From: Raillietiella orientalis
Lineage: Eukaryota
Direction of reading: 5' to 3'
Assembly (NCBI GenBank): GCA_036172245.1
Contig: JAYWIR010000024.1
Location: 2,790,001-2,854,000, forward strand
Length of the DNA: 64,000 bases
The position numbers and the translations under genes were made by a program. Below the pieces are notes generated by a model, which saw only the letters and a program-made list of their open reading frames with translations, had not been told where the DNA came from and ran no database searches. Positions 59,901 through 64,000 of the stretch are shown here, one piece after another (within the stretch, counting starts at the first letter, position 1; each line of letters begins with the position of its first letter).

Positions 59901-62900
59901 AGGGTTTCCTGTTCGTCAAGGAAGGAACGAAGCAGTGAAGACGGCTCTTTGGTCCCCATGTGACCGAAGCCGTCCCACGCTGCCTCTAGAAGCACCCAAA
60001 CATGAAGGGGGGTCGGACAGGAACGCCGAGTTGGGAAGAGCGCCGGGTGTACTCTCTGGAGACACTGAGCTCCCTCGGATGGGTGGAAGATTCGGGCGAA
60101 GTGCGGAGACCCACCGCCGGCGAGCAGAGCACGTGGTGGTGGCCCTTGGAAGAGACCACGAAAGCAGGAAACTCGAGAGCTCCAAGAGCTGCTGCGCCTC
60201 TTCCCGTTCTGCCTCGGTACGGAGGAAAGTTGCGGGCGAACGGTACTGTTTTTCACCCAGTGATTTCTTCGAGCTATCCGCGCCACGCGACCAATGCTTG
60301 GTTCGGGCGGTGCCATTTACAGCCCCTCTTCCCTCCTCCTCCGATGGCTTCGAGGAAGAATGCACCGTCGCTGCCCACGACGCATGCCCGGGACGCGTTT
60401 TCCGCGTTTCACGCAAGCCCCCTCCGAACGCGGTGCTAATTGGTCGTGCGGTGGCCGGGCTGCTGAAGTGCAAGGATCCTCGCGTCTTTATTTGGAAAGC
60501 CGAAGAACCGAATTTTTCCAAATTCGTGAAGAAAAGCCGTCAGCGCTCTCCATTGTGCTCCCTGACACGTACACACGGGGGCGCACAATGAAAGTGCTGA
60601 CAACATCGAACTCGTCCAGAGCTCCGCACACAAAGGAACTCGTGCAGCCGCGGTCACCCTTGGCTCAAGATGAGCTGGAAAATATAAAGCGACTGCTTTC
60701 GTGCTGGCGACGTGCCTTAATTGGACATGCGCGCTCCCCTGACTCATCGAAAAGAACGCGCAATTTAATAACAATAATAGTAGTAGTGGTGGTGGAAAAA
60801 AAAAAAGAAGAAGAAGAAAAGCAGTTATTCCTGCAACGGCGTCCGGCATACCCGCCCCGGGAGCGCGACGGACTTTCTGCGTGGCGCGCGAAAAGAGGCG
60901 ATCGCGAATACGGACGCGATATCCTGGATCCCACGGGGAACGGGGAAGAAAAAAAAAAAAGAAAGGAAGGAAGGAAGGAACGAAGGAAGCAGCCTGCGCG
61001 CTCGCTTCCCTCTTGCCGGAGGGACGCATCCGGTCTGCCAGGCTCCCTCCATTCCGCTCGACTTCCCAGGTAGTCCCTGCAGCATTTTTCCCCAGAAGTC
61101 GCCGCCGCTTCCGACCAAGGTCTCCGCAGGACGAACGCGGCGAGAAGCGGGCGGCGGTGCGGCGCGGGTGGTGCGGCAGGGGAACCTCGGGGAAGGCCGG
61201 CCGTGGTCGCCACGGCTGCCACGGTAAGTTCCATCCCCTCCCCCGGGCGCGTGCGCATCGCGAAAGTGGACGCGCGCGCGCTGGAACCGCGCGACGGTTG
61301 GCGCGCGTCTTGCCGCGGACGTGCGCGCGCGCCTCCCTCGCCCGTAACGGTACCACCGTTTAACAGACCAGGTGTACGGCGAAGAGCGAAAGAATGGCGC
61401 TCGTCACGTCAAAGTGAAGAGTCGACGACGCAGGCGTCGCACGCGGACCCGTGGACCCGCCTCACGTCAGGCCGGACGGAGGGACGGCTCGAAGGTGCAT
61501 TAGCTCCGCGGTTGCCACGGGTTGCGTCCGGAGGGCGAGGAGGGGAGGGGGGGCGAGCGAAGTCGCCTTGGAGCAGCCGCCGCCACATCGCCCGCACGTA
61601 GTGCGCGCGAATCACCGTGCGTAAGTGAGGCGGGATTCCCGGGGTACGCTAAAAGCGCGGTCACGTTCGGGATGGAGAGACGCGGGCACCGCGCGTCTCC
61701 TTAACGCGGGATTCCGGTCGACGGAGCGACGGTCCGACAGAACGGAAGGAGCTCCCTAAATGAAGCGAGCGAGCCAAACAGGAAAAAAAAGCGGGAGGGG
61801 GGGGGAGGGAGGTACCGTCCTGGGATTCGGCGAGTGGGGAAGTGACCCGTGCGCGCGCGTTGGCGTTACGACTTCGCGGGTGAGAAACCCCCCAAAAGTT
61901 GGGGTTTGTTCTTCTTCGCCTGGATGCTGGAAGACGATGCTGAAGCGGCGGTGGCCTCGCCCCGGAGCGGCTCACGAGGAAGCGGCGATGGGCAGCGTCC
62001 TTCTTTGAAGGGGATGGGGGGCTTCGAAACAAAGAAACCCGCAGCAATCCTCTCCGATCGGAAAATAAAACGAGAGAGGGATGGGAACGTTGCAGCTTCC
62101 AGGGATGCCAGATCGAACGAGGGATGACCTCGGAGTCCGACAAGACGGTCGTTCGCGCTCACCTCCAGAGGGCGCGCGATTCATCAAGGCGTCTTCTTCC
62201 CGCTAACGAGCCTGCAACGAAAAGTGCACGGGGAAGTGCACACCGGAGATGCACCCCAACTTCCTGTTGACAAAGCGGAATTCAACCCACGAGAATTATC
62301 AGATCAAACGAAATTGTGCGGGATGCTGAGGGAGAGCGCGGAACATCGAGCTCGCGGGAGCAAGACGGAAACAACGAAGTGGCGTCTCGTGCACGCAACC
62401 AGGCAAATCACTTCTCCCGGAAAGATGTAATCTCGGGGAAAACCGACGCGTTTTCTGTGTAGCTGGAGGAGGAGGATATCCCGGTGCCGTGAGACGGCGC
62501 GCGAGGGACCATACGGAAAGCCACGACGAAATAACAGAGTGCAGTCAGAGCGAGTAATTAGTCCCGAGATTAACTCGAGACAAAGGATTTGGACGCCACT
62601 TATCTGTCACAAAATTCTCGTTAACGAAGCAGGGCAGACGATCATTAAAAAAAAAAAAAAAAAAAAAAAAAGAGAACATGAAATTTCAGACTGGTGATTG
62701 GGAAGAAGACAGTTTGTCTGCTCTCGTATGACTGATGAGTCACCAGCTCCAGAGTTGCAGAATGCAGATTATGGTGTTTGTTGCTAGAGAAAGAGTGTGG
62801 TCCTCGTTTCGCGAGGAGGAGGCCTGCAACGCCGCGAAGCGTTTTCTAGAGAAATGGGATCGCGGTCATTCCGGACGTTTGGTCTGGGTAGTCAGATTTC

Positions 62901-62920
62901 GCGGACCCCGATGATTAGCA

Positions 62921-63720
62921 CCAGGTTATGCCGGGGGCGTTTATTACATGGAGGAATAAAAATATACCTGTGTAAAAATATACCTGCACGCAATGGACCT
63001 TCCGAAGAACGGTTCGCAGACCGGCGACATCCGCTTCGGCAGCGTGGGGGAAGGGGAAACAAAAACACACCAAAAAAAGAAACACACGAAAAAGGGGAGG
63101 GGAAATTATACACGGGGAGGGGGGGATCAAAGAAGGGATCACGGTACGCTGCCAGGCGTTCTCCGCGTCCTCCTCAGAATGCTGGCAAGTTCCGTCCGTG
63201 TAGCGCACAGGTGGGGCCATCTAGGGGTGCCCTTCAGGAAGATCCATGCCCAGTGGATGGCATCCCTGCCATTTCGGTCTCTTCTTCTGGCGTTCCAGAC
63301 CGCTGCAATCCCGCGGAGGCAGGAGGAAGAAACTGCGAGGGACGTGGCCGGCTGCAGTGCAGCACCACGCACGAAGAGGCGTTTCAAAATGTCCCTGGGG
63401 CTGCATGCCCCCGGGGTCCCTAGGATTGTCTCGAGGAGATTCCAAAGTGGTCGGAAGGCAGCACAGTCCAACAGCAGGTGCGAGGGGTTTACTTCCTCCC
63501 GCACCTGCTGCACTGAGCATCCACGTGTCCAGTGGCGAAGGCGCTCTTTGCACTGCATTCCCCCATGCACCACCAGCAACATCAACTCCTGCCACTTGCG
63601 GAGGAGGGTGCCAGTTTCCGGCGCGCTGGAGGCCACTTCGCCTCCTCTGGAGGGATGCCGGGCAGCTCTCCCTTGGGGTGGGACACTCGAAATCGCAGAG
63701 CCCGTCACCTCCCGAGTTGT
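62921..63720 (-). pseudogene. LINE subfamily D 3' fragment
   Basis: ORF 63139-63708: KWQELMLLVVHGGMQC..HLLLDCAAFRPLW..AVWNARR. Terminal motif at 62921-62945. Confidence 0.85.
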
Positions 63721-63879
63721 CCACGCCCCCAGAAAGTTTCCTCTTTGCTGCTATGCATCACGTCACTTCCCACTTTGCCGGGATTACGCTGTCCCTTGCG
63801 GCCCTTAGGGAAGGCAGCACTAAGGCAAGGGGAGGGGGGTAGACGAGGCCCATCCCTTCTGGAGCTTAGGATGATGGAA

Positions 63880-64000
63880 ATCCTTTTTTAGGGTTCTTCT
63901 GTTTCTCTGCTTTCCTTTCAGCTTTTTTTTTTTTTTTTTTCGAGGGTTTCTTTGTTTGGTTCTGCAAGTGCTGAAGAACTGTTCGCCTAGGAGCTCACAA
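63880..64000 (-). mobile_element. tSINE A-rich tail (continues beyond the window)
   Basis: GGGTTCTTCTGT..(T)n CGAGGGTTTC..AAGTGCTGAAGAACTGTTCGCCTAGG matches 25165-25300 and 45930-46022 (reverse complement). Confidence 0.75.

Noticed and set aside
62725..62760. Hammerhead ribozyme at CTGATGAG..CTC
   Set aside because: No GAAA follows stem II and there are no stem I/III partners. The CTGATGA..GAAA at ~10458 likewise lacks stem II.
1..64000. The many 60-400 aa ORFs in the track as host genes
   Set aside because: They overlap in all frames, are Arg/Ser/Pro/Gly-rich as expected for GC-rich non-coding DNA, and the only recognisable motifs are retrotransposon remnants. Short host exons cannot be excluded.

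Overview
This is eukaryotic, repeat-saturated DNA; its 5S rRNA is animal-like, probably invertebrate. I found no intact protein-coding gene that I can support. Most of the window is decayed, nested non-LTR retrotransposons. These are mainly L1/Tx1-like (APE endonuclease, RT and C-terminal CCHC/zf-RVT remnants), plus one probable RLE-type (CRE/R2-like) relic, one intact 5S rRNA gene (20211-20329, -) and one pogo/Tigger-like MITE. The main unexplained structure is a ~0.9-kb non-coding repeat with a tRNA-derived head and an A-rich tail (provisional name tSINE, about 12 full or partial copies). It appears to act as a landing platform for related LINE subfamilies at three fixed positions. Site 1 is antisense with 5 insertions, site 2 is sense with 3 and site 3 is sense with 1. 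Filled sites carry 10-12 bp target-site duplications, and empty copies show the target once. These LINEs end in a conserved AATAAA plus GC mini-hairpin rather than poly(A). All alignments and motif readings were done by eye, boundaries are approximate, and the subfamily letters (A, C, D, E, F, G) are my own labels.
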